DNA of 43,859 nt from an uncultured Verrucomicrobiales bacterium (lineage in GTDB: Bacteria > Verrucomicrobiota > Verrucomicrobiia > Verrucomicrobiales > DEV007): positions 1 to 43,859 of the forward strand of contig CAZITR010000001.1 in assembly GCA_964542215.1 (NCBI GenBank), given 5' to 3'. The notes below the pieces were generated by a model that did not search any database, had not been told where the DNA came from, and saw nothing but the letters and a program-made list of their open reading frames with translations. This document shows positions 6,371 to 15,331 of the stretch, piece after piece (within the stretch, counting starts at the first letter, position 1; each line of letters opens with the position of its first letter). Made by a program: the position numbers and the translations under genes.

Positions 6371-9300
6371 CTATATCTGCCCACCGACGCCCTTAAACTT
6401 CTCCACGAATGTAGAGATTTTCTCAAACACGGTTTGCTTCTTCGTTTTGTATTGCGGGTTGAGCGGACTCATTTTGGGGAGCGCGGCATTGAGTGCAGTG
6501 CCATTTTCAGTCGCGTATTCCCGCTTCAAGGATGCCTTGATGTAGCGCCTCGCCTCTTCTTCATTCAGCCCTTCGGACTGGATCAGTTCAACAGCCTCAC
6601 GCTTTTGTTCCTTCTGAGCGAACTTGAAGAACGTATCAATCACAGTGGCTTTGTCGCCGATGTCGTCGAGGTTCGTCTGATTGATAAAATCGACAATCAA
6701 GCTTTCCTTCGCACGACTCCCAATGCTGGCTCGGATTACACGGCGCACTTCATCGATGAGGTCTTCCTTGTTCTTAGTCTTCTTGTTGTGCTCAAATATC
6801 AGCTCCAGAATGTAGTCGAGGTTGATCTCTTGGGATTTCAACAAGTCCACCTCAAAGACGACATCATCCCAATCCACGGTTGATGGCTCTTTTTGGTCGC
6901 CTTCCTTCTGGCGTCTTAGCCAGTCACGGGTGTCATTGTAGGTTGAGCGGTAGTCTTGAACCAGTCTATCAGATGGCACGTCGATCTTTCGCATCGCCTC
7001 AATGTCGTCATCGTTCAGGTAATGCTTCGCCTTAAATTCTTCGACGGCTTCTTCATCTTCGAGGTCAATGTCCTGCAAGGCATTCAGTCCTGTAAATTCA
7101 TCATAGTTACGCAGAATGTTCTCCACGCGGAGGTATTCTCCGAAGAGCTTTACGAACGCCTTCTTGTCCTGTTCTTTCTCAATCTCGCTCGGCTCCGGAA
7201 AACGTTCCTGCAACTCAGTAACCACATCCACATAACCACGGCACGCCTTTCCGGTGGCAATGTCCGTAAAGCCTTCCATGTATTCTTTGTAGCTCTTCTC
7301 CAGAACCACGTTCTTGGTATTCGCATTCCCGAAGAGCGTAATTGCATTGATCGTGCTCTGTTCCAAATCGCGGAAGGTCACGATGTTGCCGAAGGTCTTG
7401 GTCGCGTCATAGATGCGATTGGTGCGCGAATACGCCTGTAGTAGGCCATGGTAACGCAGGTTCTTGTCTACAAAGAGTGTGTTAAGCGACGGGGCGTCGA
7501 AGCCTGTCAGGAACATGCCTACGACGATAAGTAAGTCCACTTCTTGCTTTTTAACCCGTTGTGCTAGGTCGCGGTAATAGTTCTGGAAGCCCTTACTATC
7601 GACGCCAAAGTTCGTTTTGAAAGTAGCATTGTAGTCACCAATCGCCGCGCTGAGAAATTCCTTTGCGCTGCTGTTCATGGCCGATACTTCGAAACTCTCA
7701 TCAGGAATATCGCCGACAGCGTCCTGCTCTTCATTGGCCGCAAAGGAGAAAATGGTCGCCACGTTGAGGCGTTTTTTGTCCTCCACTCCAGCTTGTAGCT
7801 CACGAAATGCCTCATAGTAGGCTTTCGCTGCATCCACACTGCTGACTGCAAACATGGCATTGAAGCCCTTTGCTCCCATGTGAGCACGGTGCGTCTTATG
7901 TGAGAAATTCTTTAGGACATAGCCGGAAATCTCATGAATTCGATCAGGGTGAAGTAGTGCCTGTTTGTTTTCCGCAGCCGTGAGCTTTTTCTCATCTTGC
8001 TCGGTTTCGATAGCTTGGAACCTAGGGCGCACATCATTGTAATCCACTTTGAACTTGAGCACTTTTTCGTCTCGTATGGCATCCGTTATGACATAGGAAT
8101 GCAACTCACGCCCAAAGACACTGCCCGTAGTCTCGGCACCGGAAGCGTTCTCTGGGAAGATCGGCGTGCCCGTAAATCCGAATTGGTAATACCGATTAAA
8201 CTTCTTTTTGAGGTTTTTCTGCGCTTCCCCGAATTGGCTGCGGTGGCACTCGTCAAAAATAAAGACGACTTGCTTATTGTAGATAGGCAGGTCGCCTTCT
8301 CCCCGCATCAGGTTGTTGAGCTTCTGGATGGTGGTGACGATGATCTTGTTGTCGTCTTTCTCGATATTACGCTTCAGCCCAGCCGTGCTATCAGAGCCAT
8401 TCACGCTGTCGGGCGAGAAGCGTTGATATTCCTTCATCGTCTGGTAATCGAGGTCTTTGCGATCCACCACGAAGAAAACCTTGTCGATAAACTCCAGTTC
8501 GGTGGCCAAACGTGCCGCTTTGAAGCTAGTGAGCGTCTTGCCTGAACCTGTGGTGTGCCAGATGAAGCCACCACTCTCGGCCTTGCTCCAGTTCTTCGCT
8601 TGGAACGCGCTCTTGATCTTCCACAAAATGCGTTCTGTTGCCGCGATCTGGTAGGGGCGCATCACTAGCAGCGTGGCGCTCACATCAAAAACCGAATATT
8701 TCAGAAGCACTTCCAGCAGGGTGTGCTTCTGAAAAAAGGTCGCAGTAAAGTCCTTGAGGTCTTTAATTAGGGTATTGTCCGACTGCGCCCAGTTCATAGT
8801 AAAGTCGAAGCTGTTTTTGTTTCGCTTTACCGTATTCGCGAAGTAACGGCTGTCTGTGCCGTTCGAAATGACAAAAAGCTGTAGATACTTGAAGAGAGAG
8901 TTCTCTGAATTGAAGCTCTCCTTGCTATAGCGGTGCACTTGATTAAAAGCTTCGCGGATCGCAACGCCGCGCTTCTTCAGCTCCACCTGCACCATGGGCA
9001 AGCCATTCACGAGAATGGTTACGTCATAGCGATTGGCATGGCTGCCTGACTGCTCAAACTGCTTGATGACCTGAAGCTTGTTGTTGAGCACATTTTTCTT
9101 ATCGAGCAGGTAAATGTTCTCAATATGCCCATCATCGAAGACAAAATCTTTGATGTAGTTCTCATGCAACTTACGAGCCTTGTCTGTGCTGTTTTCACTG
9201 GCAGGATCGAGGTATTGCTCAACGAAGCGCTTCCACTCATCCTCTGTGAATACCATGTCGTTCAGTTCCTGAAGCTGCGCGCGCACATTAGCCAGCATAG

Positions 9301-9475
9301 CTTCAGGCGTGCGGATTTCCTGCGCATATTCGTAGCCTTGATTGACCAAATCCCCAATAAACTCACGCTCAAGTGCGTCTTCACTCTGGTAATCCTCGCC
9401 GACTACGCTGTCCCGCTCGTAACGATCTAGGACGATGAAGTTCTTGGATTCTGCGATGGTTTTGTAGCTAGTCAT
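6371..9475 (-). CDS. hsdR: Type I restriction enzyme R subunit (Type IC-like).
   Basis: 1034 aa. N-terminal PD-(D/E)xK-like nuclease segment [20 protein letters not shown]2 motor motifs [13 protein letters not shown] and [12 protein letters not shown], and later [14 protein letters not shown]. The start overlaps the stop of the upstream gene (ATGA at 9472-9475). Confidence 0.95.
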   Translation of the reverse strand: MTSYKTIAESKNFIVLDRYERDSVVGEDYQSEDALEREFIGDLVNQGYEYAQEIRTPEAMLANVRAQLQELNDMVFTEDEWKRFVEQYLDPASENSTDKARKLHENYIKDFVFDDGHIENIYLLDKKNVLNNKLQVIKQFEQSGSHANRYDVTILVNGLPMVQVELKKRGVAIREAFNQVHRYSKESFNSENSLFKYLQLFVISNGTDSRYFANTVKRNKNSFDFTMNWAQSDNTLIKDLKDFTATFFQKHTLLEVLLKYSVFDVSATLLVMRPYQIAATERILWKIKSAFQAKNWSKAESGGFIWHTTGSGKTLTSFKAARLATELEFIDKVFFVVDRKDLDYQTMKEYQRFSPDSVNGSDSTAGLKRNIEKDDNKIIVTTIQKLNNLMRGEGDLPIYNKQVVFIFDECHRSQFGEAQKNLKKKFNRYYQFGFTGTPIFPENASGAETTGSVFGRELHSYVITDAIRDEKVLKFKVDYNDVRPRFQAIETEQDEKKLTAAENKQALLHPDRIHEISGYVLKNFSHKTHRAHMGAKGFNAMFAVSSVDAAKAYYEAFRELQAGVEDKKRLNVATIFSFAANEEQDAVGDIPDESFEVSAMNSSAKEFLSAAIGDYNATFKTNFGVDSKGFQNYYRDLAQRVKKQEVDLLIVVGMFLTGFDAPSLNTLFVDKNLRYHGLLQAYSRTNRIYDATKTFGNIVTFRDLEQSTINAITLFGNANTKNVVLEKSYKEYMEGFTDIATGKACRGYVDVVTELQERFPEPSEIEKEQDKKAFVKLFGEYLRVENILRNYDEFTGLNALQDIDLEDEEAVEEFKAKHYLNDDDIEAMRKIDVPSDRLVQDYRSTYNDTRDWLRRQKEGDQKEPSTVDWDDVVFEVDLLKSQEINLDYILELIFEHNKKTKNKEDLIDEVRRVIRASIGSRAKESLIVDFINQTNLDDIGDKATVIDTFFKFAQKEQKREAVELIQSEGLNEEEARRYIKASLKREYATENGTALNAALPKMSPLNPQYKTKKQTVFEKISTFVEKFKGVGGQI

Positions 9476-10740
9476 GTTGCAGTTACTGTCGGTTGGGCAG
9501 GCTGTGCGCCGTCTCGTCTGAAATGAAAGCGGTTCTCCTGATTGATACTATCCGCAAGGAATCGGAGGACGCGCTTGTCTTCCTCATCCAAATCTCGGAT
9601 TTCATCCCCCGCATGCTTGGAATGACTTCCCCAGTTTACGATGCGCTTGGCGTAGGCATCCGTTGTGCCGTCACTTGTTCTGGGCAAAAGCTCTTCCCAG
9701 TTTTTGTAGCCGAGGAAGGTTGAGGTCTTCTCCAAGATGTTCCGCAAGAAATTGAAATGATATTTGTGAATTTGCCCCGCCTCTATCGCTCTATTCAACT
9801 CAGCATTTAGAAAGAGGTGATAAGAGAATGGCGAGTCTGTGGGCTGGTCTTCCAAATCTGCAGTGCCATCCTCGAATTTAACCAGCTTGTGTTTACTGAA
9901 CTGCTTGGCCTTCCATCCAAGCTTCTTATCGTCTCGGCTAAATTCGTTGCACAGAACGTTGTAAAAAAGTGGGTTGTGCGTTGTTACAATGAACTTCAGC
10001 CCCTGAAGGTCATAAAAATGACTACGCTTGATGAGCGTCGCGATGTCCACGGCCAGTCGGATCAAGTGATTGTCATCCAAAGAGCTGACGGGGTCATCAA
10101 TGAAAATATACTTTAGGTCGTTAAACTGGTCGGTGTCGCGTTCATCCACTTCAGTAATATTCAGCGTTTCGACCACCTGATCGATCAAGGTGTAAAACAC
10201 GCTCCAGATGAAATTGCTCTCTTCCCCCTTGGAAAGCTTGATGTTTTCTTCCTGCTGCTGATTTCCTCGCTCAAACGAGAATGTGACCTCGGAGTTTTTA
10301 GGCACTTTTCTGAGAACATTCCCATCCTTGCCCTTGATTTCATATGCTTCGTTGAAGTGCGGCGTGAGCTTGTCGCTAGTATAATATTGGAAGTTACTGA
10401 TTATGTTTTGATCCTGCCCCTGATCGTTCAAAACCCAGCTCGTAAAACCATTCGGCTGTATGATGAGTTTGGGGGCAATATCTTCGGTTAAGTCGTTATC
10501 CCAATAAAACAGGTCTTCTGTGAACGCATTGTAGTATAGGATTTTTGGGAGAACGGTATCCGGTTCTTCATCTTCTGCTTCTTCTATATTCACAGGGGCT
10601 TTGGGCGCGACACGTTCTTTGAATTTCCGAGATAGGCGTGTTTTCCCGCTCCCATTGAAGGCGTATATGAGCTGCACCTTCTTCTCACTTGCCTCAAGTT
10701 GCTGGGCGATGGTTTCTAGTGTCTGGCTCATTTCAAGCAA
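9472..10740 (-). CDS. prrC: PrrC-like protein: an ABC-type ATPase N-domain fused to a putative anticodon-nuclease C-domain, embedded between hsdS and hsdR.
   Basis: 422 aa. Walker [10 protein letters not shown] (30-34), ABC signature-like LSKGEES (169-175), Walker [13 protein letters not shown] (211-222), H-loop VTTHN (252-256). The C-terminal region has R333-x3-E337 (FLRNILEK) and H373 (NWGSHSKH), resembling the Arg/Glu/His triad I recall for E. coli PrrC. The position hsdM-hsdS-X-hsdR is identical to the classical prr locus. Confidence 0.75.
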   Translation of the reverse strand: MLEMSQTLETIAQQLEASEKKVQLIYAFNGSGKTRLSRKFKERVAPKAPVNIEEAEDEEPDTVLPKILYYNAFTEDLFYWDNDLTEDIAPKLIIQPNGFTSWVLNDQGQDQNIISNFQYYTSDKLTPHFNEAYEIKGKDGNVLRKVPKNSEVTFSFERGNQQQEENIKLSKGEESNFIWSVFYTLIDQVVETLNITEVDERDTDQFNDLKYIFIDDPVSSLDDNHLIRLAVDIATLIKRSHFYDLQGLKFIVTTHNPLFYNVLCNEFSRDDKKLGWKAKQFSKHKLVKFEDGTADLEDQPTDSPFSYHLFLNAELNRAIEAGQIHKYHFNFLRNILEKTSTFLGYKNWEELLPRTSDGTTDAYAKRIVNWGSHSKHAGDEIRDLDEEDKRVLRFLADSINQENRFHFRRDGAQPAQPTVTAT

Positions 10741-11890
10741 CTACCTCCCTTGGCTCTTCGGGTGTCGGAAAGCTCAACAACAAAGCACGGTAATACTCAT
10801 ATTGCTTCTGCCTCAGCTCGATCTCCCGAGGGAGGCCGTCGCTAATCGAGCTAGTGAGTGTATCAAATTTATCTAAAGTGCCGACAATGAGTTCCTTTCT
10901 CTCAGGCGATGGATTAGGAATTCTGATGCTGTTTAAATTCTTTTTGTTTAGTTTGGGTTGCGCAGCTCCTGATATGTATGGAGTTAGATCAATACCATTC
11001 AGATAATATTCTACGTAACGCCGCTCATGGTATGTTTCGAACCTAAGGACATGGGCATGATTGTTTACCCAACTTTTACCGCTGACGCTAAAAGCAATGG
11101 GAGTTTTTCTTGCTGTCAGGTTAGCACCATCTTCCGAAACTAACAGGAGATCTTCATCAAAGATATAGTCTTTAACGTAATCAACTACGCCTGATGCGCC
11201 GTAATATGGAATATCACCTGTTTCTCTTAGCCCTCCTTTAACAGGCTTTCGCTGAGAGTCCAAGTTTTCCGCAAGTTCGCCCAACGCTTTCCATTCAACG
11301 TCTCCCTCGTCAAAGGTCAGGAGCTTATTACGATAGTAGTTGTATTGCTTTCGTCGCGCTTTAAGCTCGGTCGTAAGCTCGGTCGTAAGCTCGGTGAAAG
11401 TGTCTAAGATGCGGACGATTTCCGCTTGGATGGCCAGCGACTTTTTAGGGTTATCTGGGCATGGGATGGGGATTTGAAGATTTACTATTTCACTTTTTTT
11501 CAAAGCAGGAATTCCTGCTCCATGCTGACAGTTTGTGAGCTTTTCTTGATTGAGCTTTAGGAAATGAAAAACATAGCGGTTATCGACAATCTCGAGCCTT
11601 GGAAGAACCACATAGCAGTGTGCATTTGCGTAGAATTTTGAAGTCACAAAATTGACGAAACCTGCTGAAGCTCCACCTTGACTGATTATCGTAGTGTTCT
11701 CGGAATAATTATAGCTGTCAGTGAAGCCAGAGTATGAAATACCACCGTTGTATGCTGGGAATAACCCCTCCTTAGACAACAACTCTTTATTGAGTTGTTT
11801 GCCTTTCTCTAGATCAACAGCGTCTCCGAGAGGAGACCACGTCACCTTCTCTCCATTGAGCAGCCTGTCTATAAAGATGCTGTTACTCAT
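10733..11890 (-). CDS. hsdS: Type I restriction enzyme specificity subunit.
   Basis: 385 aa. Two target-recognition halves, each followed by a conserved helical segment (…[30 protein letters not shown]… and …[20 protein letters not shown]…). It overlaps hsdM by 4 nt and the prrC-like gene by 8 nt. Confidence 0.9.
   Translation of the reverse strand: MSNSIFIDRLLNGEKVTWSPLGDAVDLEKGKQLNKELLSKEGLFPAYNGGISYSGFTDSYNYSENTTIISQGGASAGFVNFVTSKFYANAHCYVVLPRLEIVDNRYVFHFLKLNQEKLTNCQHGAGIPALKKSEIVNLQIPIPCPDNPKKSLAIQAEIVRILDTFTELTTELTTELKARRKQYNYYRNKLLTFDEGDVEWKALGELAENLDSQRKPVKGGLRETGDIPYYGASGVVDYVKDYIFDEDLLLVSEDGANLTARKTPIAFSVSGKSWVNNHAHVLRFETYHERRYVEYYLNGIDLTPYISGAAQPKLNKKNLNSIRIPNPSPERKELIVGTLDKFDTLTSSISDGLPREIELRQKQYEYYRALLLSFPTPEEPREVVA
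11362..11396 (-). repeat. 12-bp tandem repeat (about 2.9 copies) encoding TEL(T/K) x3 in the central spacer helix of HsdS.
   Basis: The plus strand reads taagctcggtcg taagctcggtcg taagctcggtg. The minus-strand translation is [16 protein letters not shown]. Confidence 0.9.
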
Positions 11891-13449
11891 GCCTCGCTCC
11901 CTTCGATTTCAGCAACTATGGCATCGATGTCCTTGCGAAGCCCGTCGATCTTGCTGACGGTTGCCTCAATTTCTTGATTTAGTTCCGTGATATTAACGAC
12001 TTCACGTGTATCCTTGGCTTCCACGTATGTGCTGACCGAGAGGTTGTAGTCGTTTTCTTCCGCAATGGCCTCCATGCGAACAGATTTAGCGACATGCTCC
12101 ACATCCTCCTTGCGGTCGAAGAGCTTCATAATCTCTTCGACATGGTCATCCGTCATCACGTTATTATTGGTCTCTTTCTTGAAAAAGCCCTCGCCGGAGG
12201 CATCGATGAACTGAACCTTGGTGTCAGTCTTGTGCTTGGAGAGCACGAGAATATTCACGGCAATCGTGGTGCCATAGAAGAGATTTGGCGCAAGAGAGAT
12301 GACGGTCTCCACGAAGTTGTTATCCACCAAGTATTGGCGAATTTTTTGCTCTGCGCCACCACGATAGAAGATGCCAGGGAAGCAAACGATGGCAGCTCTG
12401 CCCTTGCTCGAAAGATAGTTGAGCGTATGCAGCACGAAGGCGAAGTCCGCCTTGGACTTGGGAGCCAACACACTAGCCGGAGCAAAGCGGTCGTCATTAA
12501 TGAGTGTCGGATCATCACTGCCGATCCATTTCACCGAGTAAGGTGGATTGGAAACAATCGCATCGAAGGGCTTATCATCGCGAAAGTGCGGATCAGTCAG
12601 CGTATTGCCTAGCTGCATGTTGAACTTATCGTAGTTCACATCGTGCAGAAACATGTTCATCCGCGCGAGGTTGTAAGTCGTGTGGTTGACCTCCTGCCCA
12701 AAGAAGCCTTCTTCAATGAGGTGGTCATCCATGTGCTTTTTCGCCTGTAGGAGAAGTGAACCAGAACCTGCGGCTGGATCGTAAATCTTGTTTACGCTCG
12801 CTTGACCATGGATGGCAAGCTGAGCGATGAGCTTGGAAACATGCTGAGGCGTGAAGAATTCGCCTCCAGATTTTCCGGCATTAGCGGCATATTTGCCGAT
12901 CAGAAACTCATAGGCATCGCCGAAAAGATCGATTTCACTGTCCTCAAAGTGACCAAAGTCGAGTTCATTGACCCCCTTCAAGACTGACGCTAGACGGCTG
13001 TTCTTGTCCTTAACCGTTTTTCCCAAGCGATTGCTGGTGGTGTCGAAGTCATCAAACAATCCCTTGATGTCCTCCTCTGAGTCATAGCCCATGGCTGAGC
13101 TCTCAATGGCGGTGAAAATAGCCTTGAGGTCAGTGTTCAGGTTTTCGTTATCGTTCGCATTCTTGACTACATTGACAAAGAGCTGACTGGGGTAGATGAA
13201 GTAACCCTTGGTCTTGATCGCGTCTTCTTTAATCGCCGCAAGGTCTTCATTGTCATCGGCTATCTCCGCGTAGCGGAAGCTGTCGTCACCGCCTTCGATG
13301 TAGCGAGCAAAGTTCTCGCTAATGAAGCGGTAGAAAAGTGCCCCCAGCACATATTGCTTGAAGTCCCATCCGTCCACTGTTCCTCGCACATCGTTGGCAA
13401 TCTGCCAGATGCGACGTTTGAGTTCCTCGTTTTGTTGTATGCTGGTCAT
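11887..13449 (-). CDS. hsdM: Type I restriction enzyme methyltransferase subunit (N6-adenine).
   Basis: 520 aa. SAM-binding [11 protein letters not shown] and catalytic [11 protein letters not shown] (NPPY). The N-terminal HsdM helical domain begins [23 protein letters not shown]. Confidence 0.95.
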   Translation of the reverse strand: MTSIQQNEELKRRIWQIANDVRGTVDGWDFKQYVLGALFYRFISENFARYIEGGDDSFRYAEIADDNEDLAAIKEDAIKTKGYFIYPSQLFVNVVKNANDNENLNTDLKAIFTAIESSAMGYDSEEDIKGLFDDFDTTSNRLGKTVKDKNSRLASVLKGVNELDFGHFEDSEIDLFGDAYEFLIGKYAANAGKSGGEFFTPQHVSKLIAQLAIHGQASVNKIYDPAAGSGSLLLQAKKHMDDHLIEEGFFGQEVNHTTYNLARMNMFLHDVNYDKFNMQLGNTLTDPHFRDDKPFDAIVSNPPYSVKWIGSDDPTLINDDRFAPASVLAPKSKADFAFVLHTLNYLSSKGRAAIVCFPGIFYRGGAEQKIRQYLVDNNFVETVISLAPNLFYGTTIAVNILVLSKHKTDTKVQFIDASGEGFFKKETNNNVMTDDHVEEIMKLFDRKEDVEHVAKSVRMEAIAEENDYNLSVSTYVEAKDTREVVNITELNQEIEATVSKIDGLRKDIDAIVAEIEGSEA

Positions 13450-13452
13450 ATT

Positions 13453-13629
13453 CTATTTTTCGGAAGATTTCGGTTTCTCCTGATTTTCCGGCTTGGTCTG
13501 TAGCTGGGATTCACGGATTTCAAGGAGGCGAAGTCCCTCACGCACCACTTCGCTCGCTGAGCGATAGCGCCCCTTTTCAACGAGTTCGTTGACAAATTCT
13601 TCCAGCTTATCGGTCAGGGATACATTCAT
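13453..13629 (-). CDS. ParD-family ribbon-helix-helix protein (58 aa). No cognate toxin is present. It is the first gene of the R-M array and a possible transcriptional controller.
   Basis: Not in the ORF track (below 60 aa); this is my own translation: MNVSLTDKLEEFVNELVEKGRYRSASEVVREGLRLLEIRESQLQTKPENQEKPKSSEK. The block L..EFV..L...G.Y.SASEV.REGLRLL matches the ParD/COG3609 RHH N-domain as I recall it. The stop TAG at 13453-13455 lies 3 nt before the hsdM ATG. Confidence 0.7.
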   Translation of the reverse strand: MNVSLTDKLEEFVNELVEKGRYRSASEVVREGLRLLEIRESQLQTKPENQEKPKSSEK

Positions 13630-13637
13630 TCAACCGC

Positions 13638-13665
13638 ATGCTAGAAAACGCCTGAAAAATGTCAA
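13638..13665 (-). promoter_or_regulatory. Candidate sigma-70-type promoter for the RHH-hsdMS-prrC-hsdR(-hamAB) array.
   Basis: The minus strand reads TTGACA (13665-13660), a 16-nt spacer, then TAGCAT (13643-13638). Only 8 nt separate the -10 element from the ATG, so the transcript would be leaderless or nearly so. This is a consensus match only, and the host promoter rules are unknown. Confidence 0.3.
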
Positions 13666-13707
13666 AGACTGTTATCATCGAAATTCGAGGGTCTAACTAG
13701 AAATTCA

Positions 13708-15010
13708 TTGGATGATGACCACCACGCGGTAGCGGCTGCCCAGTCGCTCGCTCAATGGGAGCGGCAACTGACGAAGCAACGCGTCGCCGACAAGATTGCT
13801 GAGCGAAGCAAGCGCGGTTATTGGAATGGCGGGAATCCGCCATTCGGATACGATTACAGCAAGGATGAGAAGCTTCTGCTCCCGAATAAGCAAGAAGCTC
13901 AAATCGTCGCCAATGTCTTTGAACTCGTCGCGCAATACGGCTCTCCGACTGAGATTGCCAAACAACTCAACAAGGACGGCATCAAGACCAAGTCATTCTT
14001 GGCCACCAAGAAAGACGGCAAAACGAAGATGATGGGCGGCAAGCGTTGGGTTGGCCAAAACGTCACTCGGCTCGTTCGCAATGCCATTTACAAGGGTGTC
14101 ATCGTTCACGGAGACAATGAGTATGAGGGACGGCACAAGGCTCTGGTCGATGCCAAGCTCTGGGAGAAAGCGAATAAAAAGCTGGTTGAAAATCAGCCTG
14201 CTCAATCTCCGACGCGGAGGAGCAATCGCCATGAAATGCTCCTGAAGGGCATTCTCAGGTGCGACCATTGCAATCGCTTTCTTGTGCCAAAGCCTGCTGG
14301 CAAGAAAGACAAGGACGGCAACCCATACCTTTATTACACCTGCGGCGACCTGAACAAACACGGCAAGAAAACCGATTGTGTTCTGAGAAATATTCCTGCC
14401 CGTGCGTTTGAAGATTTCATCATCAAGTTACTGGCTGAGCTTGGAAAGCATCCCGACGTGGTCAAAGCAACCGCTGAAGCTGCGAAGCGGGAGCATAAGG
14501 AAGCTGTGAAGCCATTTGAGGCCAAGCTCAGAAAGGTCGCGAAAGAGCTGGATGAAGCATCAAAAGAAGTCGCCTCGCTCATCGACATGGCCAAACGGCC
14601 AGAGATGAAGAATCTGTCGGGTGAATTCATGGCGGAGGCCGATGCGCTCGGGAAGCGAAAGAGTGACTTGCAGGTGGAGCGCCAGAAGCTCCAGATGGAA
14701 ATCGACTATCGGCGTTCGCTGGTGGTCGATGAAACCATCCTCTACAAGAACCTGACCGAGTTTGCTGCTCTCTTTGAAAAGCTTACTTTCGAAGAAAGGG
14801 CGGAGCTGGTGAGCCTGCTTTTCAAAGAGATTCGGGTGTCGCGTTTCGACCCCGAAAAGGACGAACATTCCTGCGATCCAGACGTATTCGTAACCAAAAT
14901 GCGAACTTCATGGTATCGCGTGGATTTGAGAATGTTCTCAAAGTCCTTCAACATGAAGGACTTGCTGGGAAAGTGCGAGCTGGAACCGGAAGTTCGCAAT
15001 AAGAATAAAA
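13708..15010 (+). pseudogene. Large serine recombinase lacking the N-terminal catalytic (resolvase) domain. The recombinase domain, zinc ribbon and coiled-coil are retained.
   Basis: The ORF opens with an alternative TTG, and the first recognisable residues (AAAQSLAQWERQLTKQRVADKIAERSKRGYWNGGNPPFGYDY) correspond to the end of helix E and the start of the recombinase domain. Also present are NAIYKGVIVH, zinc ribbon CDHCNRFL...YYTCGD...C, and a long coiled-coil (KLRKVAKELDEASKEV...). No Ser-nucleophile region exists upstream: an in-frame stop lies at 13642-13644. The 3' end is uncertain because the frame runs on without a stop to 15435. Confidence 0.8.
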
Positions 15011-15030
15011 GTGGCGGAGAGGGTGGGATT
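15010..15030. repeat. Direct repeat of the tRNA-Ser 3' end (an att-type island junction). Its partner copy is at 15194-15214.
   Basis: AGTGGCGGAGAGGGTGGGATT is identical at 15010-15030 and 15194-15214. The second copy includes the CCA end, discriminator base, 3' acceptor strand and part of the T-arm of the tRNA. Confidence 0.85.
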
Positions 15031-15195
15031 GATTTTGTTCCGCAGTCGCGGAACTCCATCTGTGCCGATTGCTCGCTGTGCTCGTATTATATCAGTCCCG
15101 CAGACAGCGGGACGAAGGGCGCTCGAACTGCGTTCTCATCCCACCCTGTATATTCAAAAGCCCTGCCACGCTTCGCTTGTGGCTTGGATTTTGAG

Positions 15196-15283
15196 TGGCG
15201 GAGAGGGTGGGATTCGAACCCACGATGCCTTGCGGCATGCCGGTTTTCAAGACCGGTGCATTCGACCACTCTGCCACCTCTCC
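15196..15283 (-). tRNA. tRNA-Ser (anticodon UGA), type II with a long variable arm and an encoded CCA.
   Basis: The reverse complement GGAGAGGTGGCAGAGTGGTCGAATGCACCGGTCTTGAAAACCGGCATGCCGCAAGGCATCGTGGGTTCGAATCCCACCCTCTCCGCCA folds by hand. Acceptor GGAGAGG/CCTCTCC; anticodon stem CCGGT/ACCGG with loop CTTGAAA; variable stem ATGCC/GGCAT; T-arm GTGGG-TTCGAAT-CCCAC. Confidence 0.95.
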
Positions 15284-15331
15284 GGAAACGTGCCCCTAAC
15301 TTCCCCCGGCTCGGGCAATGCGCAACAAAAA

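Larger units (their letters stand above)
1212..15195. mobile_element. Genomic island (a degenerate integrative element) inserted next to the 3' end of tRNA-Ser. It carries anti-restriction, restriction, abortive-infection and recombinase-remnant genes.
   Basis: It is flanked by housekeeping proS and tRNA-Ser. A 21-nt exact repeat of the tRNA 3' end lies at 15010-15030. Base composition drops visibly. The cargo is typical of mobile elements (ardA, serine recombinase remnant, R-M). The left boundary is only approximate. Confidence 0.7.
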
